Shown one piece after another: positions 52,958 to 64,000 of a DNA stretch of 64,000 nt (position 1 is its first letter; every line of letters starts with the position of its first letter). Origin of the DNA: Oikopleura dioica. Taxonomy: Eukaryota; Animalia; Chordata. Below the pieces are notes generated by a model that had not been told where the DNA came from, made no database searches, and saw only the letters and a program-made list of their open reading frames with translations. Both the position numbers and the translations under genes were made by a program. The stretch covers positions 930,001-994,000 of the forward strand of contig OU015566.1 of assembly GCA_907165135.1 (NCBI GenBank). Reading direction: 5' to 3'.

Positions 52958-53805
52958 TTCTGCTTTTTCCTACTGTAAATATTGATTTTTCTGTACTTAG
53001 TTCAACGGCTTCTGATAGAAGCTCCATCTGCCATATCTATTTCTGCTCATTCTATAACGGATACAATACAATTGATTATTCGAATCTCTTCTTGATTTCC
53101 TCGCTCAGCAGGTTTCCAACCAAAGATGAACTTTAAAAAATCAAGAAGCTAAAGAAATTCCTCTCAAATGAAATTCCTTAATTTATCAGCAAAAACCAGA
53201 GTGACAGAAAAACAGAACTCGACTCTGCCGATAAGAACTTCGAGGAGCGCAAAAGTGTGAACAGATAATCTTATCAAGCTATCCTCTTTGTTTTTCTTTG
53301 AGAAAGTGTGCGCGCTAGAATACCAAAACTAATCATGCATTTAGGCGGAAATATTCGACTTTTCCGGGTGAAAATTTCACCTTCTTCCCACCAAAAATGA
53401 ATATTGCTAATCCTTTCCGCTAGAAAAAAAATCTTCTTCTTCTTGTGAATTGAAAGAGCTGTGTTTTCAGGCGATTCAAAAAGGTCTCAAAGCCGGTTAC
53501 CTGTGCAGAAAACCTGACTCAGGTTTTATTCACAATAAAAACAGAATCATAAAAATTTAGGATCATTTATTTATACATGGCAGAAACGCATAAAAAAAAC
53601 ACGGGAAAAATAATTTCTTCCTTGATTTTCTTCTTGTCTCTTTTCCTCATCTTCATTTTATCGCAACAAGAAGGAGAAAAATAGCAAAAGAGAATCGCGG
53701 AATCGAAAAATTGGAAAAGAAAGAAAAAATAAAATTTAAGTTTTTCAAGCGATCAGATTTTTTTTTTGAAAGAAGAAAGAAAATTTCGGGAAAAGGGTTG
53801 AGCTA

Positions 53806-56150
53806 CTACACGAGACCGTCGTAGAGTGAAAGAGCTTGGACGATGGATTTGTCTTGTTTCGCGCCTTCGAGGAATTCTTCTTTTGAGAGCTCGCCGTTTC
53901 CATCCTGAAGGGGAGAGGTTAGGGTTTTACAAGCGTTGGGGTCCGCATAATTGGGGTCCCCTTACTTGGGGTACACCTAGCTGGGGTCTCCTTAGTTGGG
54001 GTCCCCATAGTAGGGGCCCCCTTAGTTGGGGTCCTCTTAGTTGGGGTCCCCTTACTTGAGGTCTGCTTAGCTGGGGTCCCCTTAATTGGGGTCCCCATAG
54101 AAGGGGCCCCTTAGCTGGGGTTCTCTTAGTTGGGGTCCCCTTATTTTGGGTCCCCATAGACTATGGGCCATAGTTGAGGTCTACTAAGTTGGCGTCCTCT
54201 TAAGGATATAGCCTATGAAATTGAACTTTCATAGCGCCTAAATGCGACGACGGATCATTTTATTTCAAGAACCATCCTATCTAAAAATGTATGCAGAACT
54301 CGATTCTGGTACTCGTTTAAAAATTTTCATTAGAATTTTTCTCTGTAGAGCGTTTTGAAATCTTACGATCGCGATTTCTCGAAATTTTTACACTAAATCG
54401 CTAAAACAAAACCAATGACTGCATTAGCAAAATGCTAAACTAAAATATTGTGGCTAAAAAATCCTCAAACTCGGCCAAATTTTCATTCTAGTGTTTTCCT
54501 CTTTCTTGCTCTTGTTTTTCTTCCATGCGCGCTTTTTTGGGTCCAACCAATCAGAGCGATCTTTCAAACGCGCAGACTCTCTCGGGAAAGAGGAGTCGAG
54601 AGATTGAGCACCCAGCGCAGCGCTTTTTACACTATTCACGCGCCGAGGAAGCCTCATGGAAATGGCTCTAAAATCGGTTTTTGTCGGGATAAGAGAAAAC
54701 CAAAGCCACAATATTGTAGATAAGGGTCTAGATTACTTTTCTATCAAAAAAACTCGACCGATTTAATGTAAATATTTCGAGAAATCGCGATCGTAAGATT
54801 TCAAAACGCTCTACAGAGAAAAATTCTAATGAAAATTTTTAAACGAGTACCAGAATCGAGTTCTGCATACATTTTTAGATAGGATGGTTCTTGAAATAAA
54901 ATGATCCGTCGTCGCATTTAGGCGCTATGAAAGTTCAATTTCATAGGCTATATCCTTAATTCGGATCCCCTTCAATGGGCTCCCCTTAGTTGGGGTCAAC
55001 TTAGTTTGGGTTTTAAGGGGGATGTTGTGATAAACTTACGGTATCCATGAGATTGAAGATTCTATCGACTCGTTTCTCAGGAGTGTTATCATCGTCCTTG
55101 AAGTTGGCATGATTTCCTACCATAGAAAAGATAGCTGTTTGTTGAGGTCAATAAATATTCAAGAATTATACAAGTCGTGGTCCTCGTCATTTGACGTTAT
55201 GAAATTTATCGACCGTGGCTTTGACAATCTGAAGCATTTCGTCTCGCGTGATGGTTCCGTTGTTGTCCAAATCGTACAGTCGGAAAGCCCCTAAATCATA
55301 GTTTTGCGCAATGAAAAGATTAAGAATGACGTACATTCGAGCTTGTCCTCAAGTCGGCCGCGGGAAGTGATGGAAAGAGCTTGAAGAAACTCTTCGAATT
55401 CGATCGATCCGTCGCCGTTTTCGTCGAAGACATTGAAGACGAATCTGAAAAAGAGCCATTTAGAGCGTTAATTTTTTAAGAAAGCTTACGCAGCAAAAGC
55501 GCTTGGGTCGCCATGAGGAAAGAATTGGTTGTAAATCTTGGCAAATTCATTCTTTGTCAATTTTCCGGTCGGGCAATCCTTCAGAAAACCATCGTGCCAG
55601 TGGCGGATCTCTTCCGGAGTGACTAAAATGGAATGTTTTTATTGCTCGATTCGTAAATTGGGTGACCCAAATTGGGACGCTTTATTTGCTTGTTTTGTTA
55701 ATAAAAATATGCTCAACAACAACTATTGTTTTGATTTTTCGCTGTTCGGCAGACAGAATATACAAAATGACTGTATTATATCCTGTTTGCTTGCAAAAAA
55801 ACGGAGTAAATATGCGAAAAAACAGAAGTTTTTGATCTTCTAGTTCTTCGTTTTTCGGCAAATAAAGCTTCAAATTTTGTATTTCGAGTCGAAAGTAGCT
55901 CATTTGTACTCGAAATCCGAAACTTAGGGTGAAAATAGAGGTAAAAAAATTCAAATTCACCGAAAATTCCCTGGTTTTTGCCAAAAATTTGGCTTTTTCG
56001 ATCATTTTTTTGTTGAATATTATATCAAAAATTTTTGGGAATATTTCAAAAAACCAATATAACCATGAAAAACTATCCGAACTTACACTTGGTCTTCTCA
56101 CTGAGCTCATTGATAGCCTGTGGGTTGAGCTTTGACTTGTGCGCACCCAT
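53806..56150 (-). CDS. NCS1: Neuronal calcium sensor 1 / frequenin
   Basis: MGAHKSKL myristoylation start, [53 protein letters not shown]-terminus [13 protein letters not shown]. Confidence 0.95.
53937..54200. repeat. 15-bp minisatellite (ttggggtccccttag)n in the last NCS-1 intron; continues at ~54962-55010
   Basis: About 17 degenerate units are visible. Confidence 0.9.
54204..54955. mobile_element. 752-bp TTAA-GG..CC-TTAA element with 182-bp perfect TIRs
   Basis: 54204-54385 is the exact reverse complement of 54774-54955 (checked base by base); TTAA 54200-03 and 54956-59. Confidence 0.95.
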
Positions 56151-57351
56151 CTCTTCTCGCGATTCTTCTTCAGAAATTTTCGATAAATCGAGCTTCAAGG
56201 GTACCTGCTTTGGGTAGCCTTAAAAGCGAATGTCACTTTTTACTCGCTCAAAATATCGCTCAAAAAGTACCTTTATCCTCCGCTCAACGAAGATTTTTGA
56301 TGCTCTCTCTTTTTGGTCTCTGAAGAAAGTGAACAGAAACGGGGCCGGATCGGACTCGTAAAATCGTAAAAATTGCGAGTTGTTGATGCTCAGCTATATC
56401 TTCGTAAAAACGGGTTCTGCTCGGCTGTAGCTGGAGCTCGTAAAAACCAAACGAGACAGACTATGCTTCCGCGCTTCCACGCAGCTCAACTCTCAACTCT
56501 CGGCACCTAAAGCGATAAAAATTAGAAAAAAAATGGCCGCCTTCTATTCTGGGTATTTTAGGAGATCGCCGGCGAAAATCAGCTGGCTAGAATTCAAGTT
56601 GTTTGCGGATAATCTTCGCTTCGGGGCGAAACTAGAAATTTCTACAAAATTTTTAGTAAAGATTTAAATTTTTAACTGAAACAAATTTTCAAATAAAAAA
56701 ATTTTTAATAAAGAATATTCTTACCTGGCCTAATTTTTTCTCTGTATAATTTTACGTGTCAGTAATCCAAGCGTAAAATACTCTCGAATCGAATTTGAAT
56801 CACTGTTCGCCAATAATGGCAATGGAAGATGATGGAAAGCGAGATTGGCACATTTGCGCGTCTGTATTATTATTGACAGGCATTGGGAAAAGCGGGACTT
56901 TCATGATTCGATAAGTCCATCGATTAATGCTCAATGCAGAATTGACAGAAGCCTCAGTAACGTTCCCGAAATCAGATTTTTGCGGATTTTTTCTCTGCTT
57001 TGTCGGAAATAAAGAGCTTTCGCTCATCGCAAGTTTTTTATCAATTTATTTTTTTTTCTATTCTATTTGGAAGAAATCAAAGTTTCAGAAGACAGATTGA
57101 CTAAGACAGCTTAGCTTACTACTTCGCTCAAAAAGCTAAGCTTAGCCAATCAGCCAGCAAAGCGAAATTTCTTCCTTGACAAAGATCGCTTGGTTGAACA
57201 ATTTTGAAAAGTTGCTTCTCAAAATTCAGCTAAGCATATCTAAGGCAAAAGATATTTAGCTCAGCATTGCTTATTTACGAAAGATCGGCCATTTTCCCTG
57301 TAGCCAACTTTGTTCCCATCTTAGTTTAATTTCTATCCCCCTTGCTATCCC

Positions 57352-57442
57352 CCTGCTGAGCTCAGCTGACCCTCACCTCAAAATTGCTGAGCTGAGCTTA
57401 GCTGGAGCTCACCTAGCTCAGCTCAGAAAATTTGCAATTCTG
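57352..57442. mobile_element. Right-end remnant of the (GCTGA)n hAT-like family
   Basis: gctgaccctcacctcaaaattgc..gctcagctcagaaaatttgcaattctg, as at 38575-38641. Confidence 0.75.
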
Positions 57443-58409
57443 ACCCTTATCCTAACTCTAGCTACAAGCCCCCTAACCCTAACCATAATTTTTCCTCATA
57501 AAATTATGAAAAATTTTGTACTTCTGAATCTTACCTTAATTTTGAGCAGGGTTCCAAGAGAGAACTCGAATATCTATCTCACAAAAGCTTGGGAAAGAAC
57601 GAGAAAGAGCGAGGTCAATTATATTAAAAATCCTTCTCAATTGACAAAGCTCTTTAGATTTGATAGCCGACGCGTTTTTATGCCGCCATTTCTCTTTCTT
57701 TTTGACTCTATTTGCCCTTCTGAAGAAGCTGTAATTATCATTTCCTGGCGCTCTTTTTTACCTTTTTTTTTTGGAAAAGTTCAAAACATCGTTTTTTTTT
57801 CTTTTCTAGCGTGAACCCTCTGCTCCTTTTTATAGAGCTCAAAAGCGCGAAAAGAGGCTTTTGAAAAGATGACCTTTTGGGAAATGCGAAGGGATGAAAA
57901 GGTTTGATTGTTTACCCACAATGGAATATTCATCAGCACATCTTAGCGGTTAGCGGCCCAAAAAAGAAGACGAAAATGCGAAAATAAAGAGCCCGCGCAA
58001 TTATCGAATCTGGACATATGTTACTGTAGTTGACAAAAAGAGCAGTAAGAATCCAGTTTTATATATTTATGCATAGAATATTTTTGAAAAAGACCATTAT
58101 TGAAAAGTTTTCCTATTCAACGAAAAAAATTGAAGGAATCTAGGGTCACCTTTTTTCCTTGATTGTCAAAAATCTCATGATTTATTCAAAATGGCCCATT
58201 TCCGCATGATAGATAACACTGATAGATTCCGATCTCTTTCGAATACGACGAAAGAGCTACTTCGTGTTAGCTGTCCTGTCAGAAATAATTCCGGTACTTT
58301 CAAATTTATGCGTGTTTTTATTTGCGCATATTCTTCAAATAGCTTTTCTATTTCTCATAAATGCGGACAATTTTTTTTATTTTCCAAGAGAAGATTTTTA
58401 TCAATCGAG

Positions 58410-59973
58410 ATGAGAAGAAAAACGATTGGAATTATTCTTCTGCTTTTTGGTTGAAAACAATGTAATTATTCTTTCAAGGCTTAAAATTTTTAAGGGATAT
58501 GTTCTTTGATCGTCGGCATCGTGATTCCAGCGGTCTACAGTAGTTCAGGAAAAACGACACCTTCTTCGACACAAACGATGACGTCTTCATCTCTTCCAAT
58601 GTCTTCGACTTCAACGATGAATTCAACAATAATAATTTCAACGTTATCTGAACAATTGACAGCTTCATCAACTACAGCTTTCTCATCAAATAACACACCG
58701 TCGAACATATCAACTACGGCAGGAACGCCAGTAACTGAACCATCAACAAAAACATTAGCTCCTTCTTCAACCTCAATTTCAAAACTTACAACTGTAACAA
58801 CAAGGACTACAACAACAACAGCGCCACTTATGACATCAGCTGAATCAGAACTAACAATAACCTCGACAGCAACAACATCTTCAATAGCAACTACAACATT
58901 GACACCCACAACAACAGTAACAACTACGACGACTTACACTACAACAAGCAAAGGTTTTGTTCGACCAGGACAGAGTTGCAAATTTGGCTTTATTTTTGCT
59001 GAGCTGAGCTGAGCTGCCCTGAGTGAGAAATTCTCTGAGCTGAGCTGGCCTATTTCGGAGCTCACTCAGCTGAGCTGAGCTGAGTTGGCCATTTTCAGAG
59101 GTCATTGAGCTGAGCTGAGCTGAGCAGACCTTTTTTTAGGTAGTTGAGCTGAGCTGAGCAGACCCTAATTAGAGCTGAGCTGAGCTGAGTGAGCTGGGTT
59201 GAGCTGTTTTTTACCGTTTTTAGTAGTAAAATTGTGTAAAAATCATTGAGTTGAGCTGAGCTGAGCAGAACAGATCATGTTCGAGAATAATTGAGCTGAG
59301 CTGAGTGATTATTGTCTGAGCTGAGCTGAGCTGAGCAGATAAATTCATTTTCGAAAATCAGTGAGCTGAGCTGAGCTCTCAGCCAGCTCAGCTCAGCAAA
59401 TTTGCAACTCTGGACCAGAAGGCCAGTATGATTTTGATCTTTGGCCGAATGGAGCCACTGTTGTTGACATGGACTGGAAGGTAGTGGGACTAAGCAGAAT
59501 CCTATTATTATTCATCAATTTAGTTGTTTGTCTCCTATGATACAGATCCAAGAACAGAGCCTGAAGCAATAAGTGTACGACCGGAGAGGGACTGTCTTTT
59601 CTTTGAATCCACGGAAGAGCTCTATAAATTCAAAATTAAAGATCCCGAAACAAACTCTTATCTTCGAGAGAACATGGATACGAAACTTGTTTATAAAGAC
59701 GGCGAAGATGAAGGCACCGTTTTTTTCTTTGAAAAACATGGAAAGGTGCGTACTTGCTGATTGCCTTTTAAATAAGAAAAGCAATTTTAAAAATTATTAA
59801 CGCTTATTCTGAAGGGAAACGCCGAATGGTTTTACATTAAATCAGAATCCGATTACTACTGGAGGTCAAGAAGTTCCACTGATAACGACGCTGCCTCTGT
59901 AAAACTGAAAGAAGAAGTAACTGAAGACAAAAATAAACCAAGATTTCAATATATGATACAAGAATGTATTTAA
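58410..59973 (+). CDS. Type II membrane mucin-like protein with an uncharacterised C-terminal globular domain
   Basis: Signal anchor IGIILLLFGICSLIVGIVIPAVY (spliced), Thr/Ser-rich stalk, then RPEGQYDFDLWPNG..WK|LFVSYD..HGK|GNAEWFY..QECI*. The frame is continuous only if 58969-59418 is removed. Confidence 0.8.
58971..59412. mobile_element. hAT-like MITE inside coding sequence; candidate GA-AG intron 58969-59418
   Basis: Perfect 16-bp TIR cagagttgcaaatttg; 8-bp TSD gaccagga / gaccagaa; (gctga)n repeats. Confidence 0.92.
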
Positions 59974-60100
59974 CTGTTATCTTATTGGATATTTTCCTAT
60001 TTATTGATTTGAATAAATATACTTAAAAACGTCACAACTTGTCACATGTGCACCCGAGACTGGTGAATAAATCTGCAATTCTAGCGCTGTAAAGCCACGA

Positions 60101-60950
60101 TTATATCGCCGAATATTGTATAAGCCAGTTTTGCGAGCGCTTCGATCTGACGTCATTGATTTTATTTCGAACTAGATTTTTTATACAGTTGTTTGTCGAT
60201 AATTGCATGTAAAGAATGTTTGATTTCCATATTCCGCAAAAGTCGTCTTTTTTAATCATCATCAGAAATCTGTTTTTGTTTACTTGTTCGGAGTTGATCA
60301 TTTCCTGAGCGTAAGAAAAGCCGGTCAAGCAATGCTGCTCTACTTGGTCATCTCCTCCGACATTGGTAAAAGACGTGCCGCATAAGTTCATTGAAAAACA
60401 AGGTCTAGGCTGACCGGGCCCGATCGTAAAGTACCAAATTATTACTAAAATGAGCAAATCTCAACTGTCTACTTTTTTCAATTCCTACTTCCATAAGCAA
60501 GGCCAAAGAGCGAGGTGCTAATGGCAAAGCATAAAGGAATGAAAAAGCTTTTTTGGTGGAATTTTGAGGAGTCTGTTTTTTGACCATTTTTTTTTAAAAG
60601 AAAAATTTCGATCCCTTTATCGAGGTCTTTCCTGAAGGATAAATTTTATTTCTCCTCGAAAAATTATTCTTCATATGTTTCTCTCTTTTCGTAAGCGTCA
60701 TTTTCAAGCTATGAAAATTTCAAAATGCTTTTCTGTCAAAAATCACAAGTCCAAAATGTTTTTCCAAAAAGACAAAAGGCAGATTATCTCAGAAGGTGCG
60801 CTTTATTCAGAATCTTTAGATGTGCGTGCTTCTCAATGAAGTCGCAGTCAGATTTCTTTTCAGTCCAGGTGTTGTTGGAAGGGAACGACGCTCGGTTCTC
60901 GGCGTGAAGTCGCTGATTGTACTCGCGCGTGGCAGATTTTTCTCAGAACT
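60101..60950 (-). CDS. Hypothetical single-pass membrane protein
   Basis: A spliced hydrophobic run FFIPLCFAISTSLFGLAYG|IIIWYF is followed by a Cys-containing segment. Exon limits uncertain. Confidence 0.35.
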
Positions 60951-61037
60951 ACAAGCATTTTTGAGTGTTTTCTTTTAATAAAAATGAGTCTCGATTAAAG
61001 ACAGTGAGATTGTTTAACTTTCAAAGTGGCAATTATT

Positions 61038-61308
61038 GGGGGAGATGTCAGGAACCGACAAAAAATTCGACAAATTATGCGTAAAAATTTTCAACCAATC
61101 AGAAGCCTAGATTCGGCTGGCCGGCCAATAAGCAGCCGAGTTGCCGGGGTGGCGTCAGGAAGCGACAAAAAATTTTTGACAAATTTTTCGTAGGACAATA
61201 TTCTACTCGGCTGCTCATTGGCCGGTGAGCCGAATTCTTGCTTCTGATTGGTAGAAAAGATTCAAACAAAATTTGACGAGATATTTTGTCGGTTTCTGAC
61301 GCCCTCCC
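61038..61308. mobile_element. CCAAT-bearing MITE family, copy 5 (internally duplicated)
   Basis: gtcaggaaccgacaaaaaattcgacaaatt ... ttttgtcggtttctgac; internal ccaatcag, ccaat, attgg, ctgattgg. Confidence 0.75.
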
Positions 61309-62275
61309 TAAATTGCCTCCTAAAATTTTAAAAGATGCTGTTTCTTGACTCAAAAAATTGACTAAAAACTAACCAAAATGAAAATCCTGTATTTAAGAAA
61401 AGACTAACCTGTCGCTAAGTTGTTTCCTCAAAACTGAAGGCGTCTTTCGCATGCAAACTGATGGACTAAATGTAGAAGCTCAAAATGAAAATGGTCTTTT
61501 TTATCCCAAAAACCTACCTTGGGCAGCTTGAATTACTTTTCCTACTCAATCTGTTTGCTTGAATCAAATTTTGGTAGTCTTCATCATTTTCGTTTGATTT
61601 TTCTCTCTTTTGCTCTGCGTTTTTCGATTTTTCCTCGACTCCGATTAGTTTCGATATTTTTTCTGAACAGAATTGAGTTCTTGAAAAGAGAATTTTTTCT
61701 TACTAAGAAGGTTCATTTTCTCTGTTTCAGGGAAAAAGCTAGTGACACTTCGCTCAGAAACGGCTAGCATTGAGCTTTTAGTGGCGATAATGATCCCGAA
61801 TAAAACAGGACGTTAATCACAGACAGTAAGGTGACTGAATAAGATTGGGTGCTGAAAGTCATCTGGCCCACCTCGAAGTTTTATCACGTGACAATTTCAA
61901 GGGATCTTAAATGACCCGATGGGTGAATTAGAACCTTTCAAATTCTTTCAAAAATGTATCCGCTGTTCTTTTGACTGAGGTATAATTATCCAATTCGCGG
62001 ACATATTTTGCTAAGCAGCCTTGAAGATAACTCAAAGGGCCCTCAAGATAATCCGTTGTCGACAAAAAACGTGCTCGGTATGTATTTCCTGTATGATCCC
62101 AGTTTTTAAGAAGACAAGATCTTTTTTTTCGACCGGTCAGCGATTTTGAATCAATTGATCTTTGCCTCGACTTGAAAATCGAGTTCTCGCTAAATTTTAA
62201 GAGCATGCAAATAGCAAGAATAGTAAATAGTAAGAATTTTCAGCGCTCGTAGTTTTGAGTTTTTTTTTCCAAGAG

Positions 62276-63250
62276 ATGGAAATTGAAAACGAAAATGATT
62301 TTTATAATTTCACCGCTGCGCCAGCCCGGTTTCGGCCCGGTGAAGATGGTTCTTCAGTTTCAGAGGCGTGTAAAGATGCTTATGCGAGAATTTCTATTGA
62401 CAATTGGACGCTTGTTTGGATTATTTTTGGAGTAATCGTTGTCATGATGCTGATGCCTTGTGAGACAAAAAGACGACGGTGCCAAGATGATAGACAAACT
62501 TGCAATTTCAAGAAATTATGGTTTTTAAGTAAATCTGTCATGAACATGCTTTGGCTTTTATCAGAACTGCTAAGCATTACTTGCGCATTTTATGTGATGT
62601 TCCCTCCAAGTAGCGAGGAGGAATGGCTGAAGCATTTACGAGAAAAAGGATCCAAAAATAAGGATAATTTATTAATAATAAATTTGAGCCCCATTATTGA
62701 TCCTTAATTAGTTGGTCTTGGATGGTTTTGCTTAAGTTTATCAAATAAATTAAATATTAATAAAATTATCTTTAGTAATTGCCACTTCATCTGTTTTTAT
62801 TATACATGCTCTCATGAAATACCGATTTTCGTCAACAAATGAGACTGAGGGAGTAGAAAACTCATCTTTTGTAAATCAAGCTGTCGTAACTTCATTTGAT
62901 GAGGATGAACCATCCACAACTAGAGTCAATATTCAAGATGCAGAAAGCAATGATAAGCCTCCTGGAATGAGCATCTTTAGAATGCATTTTATAAAAAATG
63001 GACCTTAGCTTATGATGACATAATCGACTCAAAAGAAGAAAGTCCAGAAAATAATCGGGAAAATACTTCAACCGATGCCATCGAAGAACCAAGAATAAAA
63101 GAAAACACTCAAGCCAGACCAAAAAGAAAGAAAATTTACGGGGTCAAAGGTGCCCTTATTTTCGTTTCGGTTTTGAATCTGATTAGTGCATTTGTCTATC
63201 TTGGTCTGTACTCGAAAGCACTAGTTCAATGCAAAGACTCATTAAATATA
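62276..63250 (+). CDS. Hypothetical multi-pass membrane protein
   Basis: Hydrophobic segments WTLVWIIFGVIVVMMLMPC, MLWLLSELLSITCAFYVMF, GALIFVSVLNLISAFVYLGLY, separated by an acidic loop. Confidence 0.5.
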
Positions 63251-63415
63251 TAGTCGTGTACGGGTCAAAAAGGATGTTTGCAATTTTTCCTGAATTCAAG
63301 CCTATTTTTATCAGCTGCAAGTTTTCATGCAGCTCAGTTGGCGCCCTAGAGCGCTCTTTTTAAAGGTGAAGACCAGCGAATATTTTCGAAACAAAATTTT
63401 TAGAAACAAAAAGGA

Positions 63416-64000
63416 ATGGTAAGTTTTTCAGATCTTTGAGAATGAACATTATGATTTTTCTTATAGAAAATTGCCCTCTTCGGAATTGCGACAGCAAATC
63501 ATGTGTTGAATTCAAGCCAAATTTCGAGAAAACTCCTCGGCTCCTGGAGCGAATTTCTTTTTCAAAACGTTGCAAATGTTCGACAAAAACGCGAGGGAGA
63601 CGAATCAAGCCGTGGATTTCGAGAGCTAGCGGGTATGATGCTTTTTCTTCAGGGAGCGGCATCGAATGATGAAGAAGGGCTTCAAGAGCTAGAGGATTTG
63701 TATACGAATTATGGATGCTATTGCTGGATAAACGGGCCAGATGAGGGTGTTATTGGGGGTGGAAAGGTTTGATGAGGCAATTAAGGGTTGAACCACAGTT
63801 TAAAAATCATTTTCTAGCCAAAAGACATGGTCGATCATCACTGCAAGGAGCTCTACCGATGCTACAAATGCGTCCTCAACGACTACGAAGCCAACTACAC
63901 AGATGTGCACTACAATGTCGAGCTCAACGAGGAAGACGGAATCCGCTCACTAGATTGCAAAGTCAACTCGAAACAAGATGCAGAAAACCTGTGCGAATGT
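63416..64000 (+). CDS. Secreted phospholipase A2-like protein (partial; runs off the window)
   Basis: M|KIALFGIATA signal, RQKR site, NYGCYCW..GGGK|PKDMVDHHCKELYRCYKC. Confidence 0.8.

Noticed and set aside
53826-54157. WGPL/RGPQL repeat ORFs
   Set aside because: They are translations of the 15-bp intronic minisatellite in NCS-1.

Overview
This is compact, AT-rich eukaryotic genomic DNA, not prokaryotic. Genes are dense and split by many ~40-150 bp introns, several with GC/GG/GA donors. Together with the lineage-typical Cys-rich and kinase-like families, this fits a larvacean tunicate such as Oikopleura dioica (inference). Recognisable genes: cGMP-dependent protein kinase, two tandem C-type-lectin/EGF mucin-like genes, two tandem collagen-C1q genes (one apparently broken), a T-box factor, an oikosin-like Cys-rich secreted protein, flavin reductase/BLVRB, a divergent casein kinase 1, NCS-1/frequenin, a type II mucin-like protein and a PLA2-like gene running off the end. 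Introns and intergenic DNA are packed with non-autonomous DNA transposons of several end-types: hAT-like (CAG ends, 8-bp TSD), TTAA-GG..CC-TTAA (Kolobok-like), TTAA-CCC (piggyBac-like), TA-TSD (Tc1/mariner-like) and foldback elements with GNA-triloop hairpins. No transposase ORF was recognised. The best lead is a hAT-like MITE inside a coding exon whose two target-site duplications supply a GA donor and an AG acceptor, so splicing would restore the ORF exactly. That makes it a candidate introner-type intron gain. All exon models were derived by eye and are unverified by transcripts.
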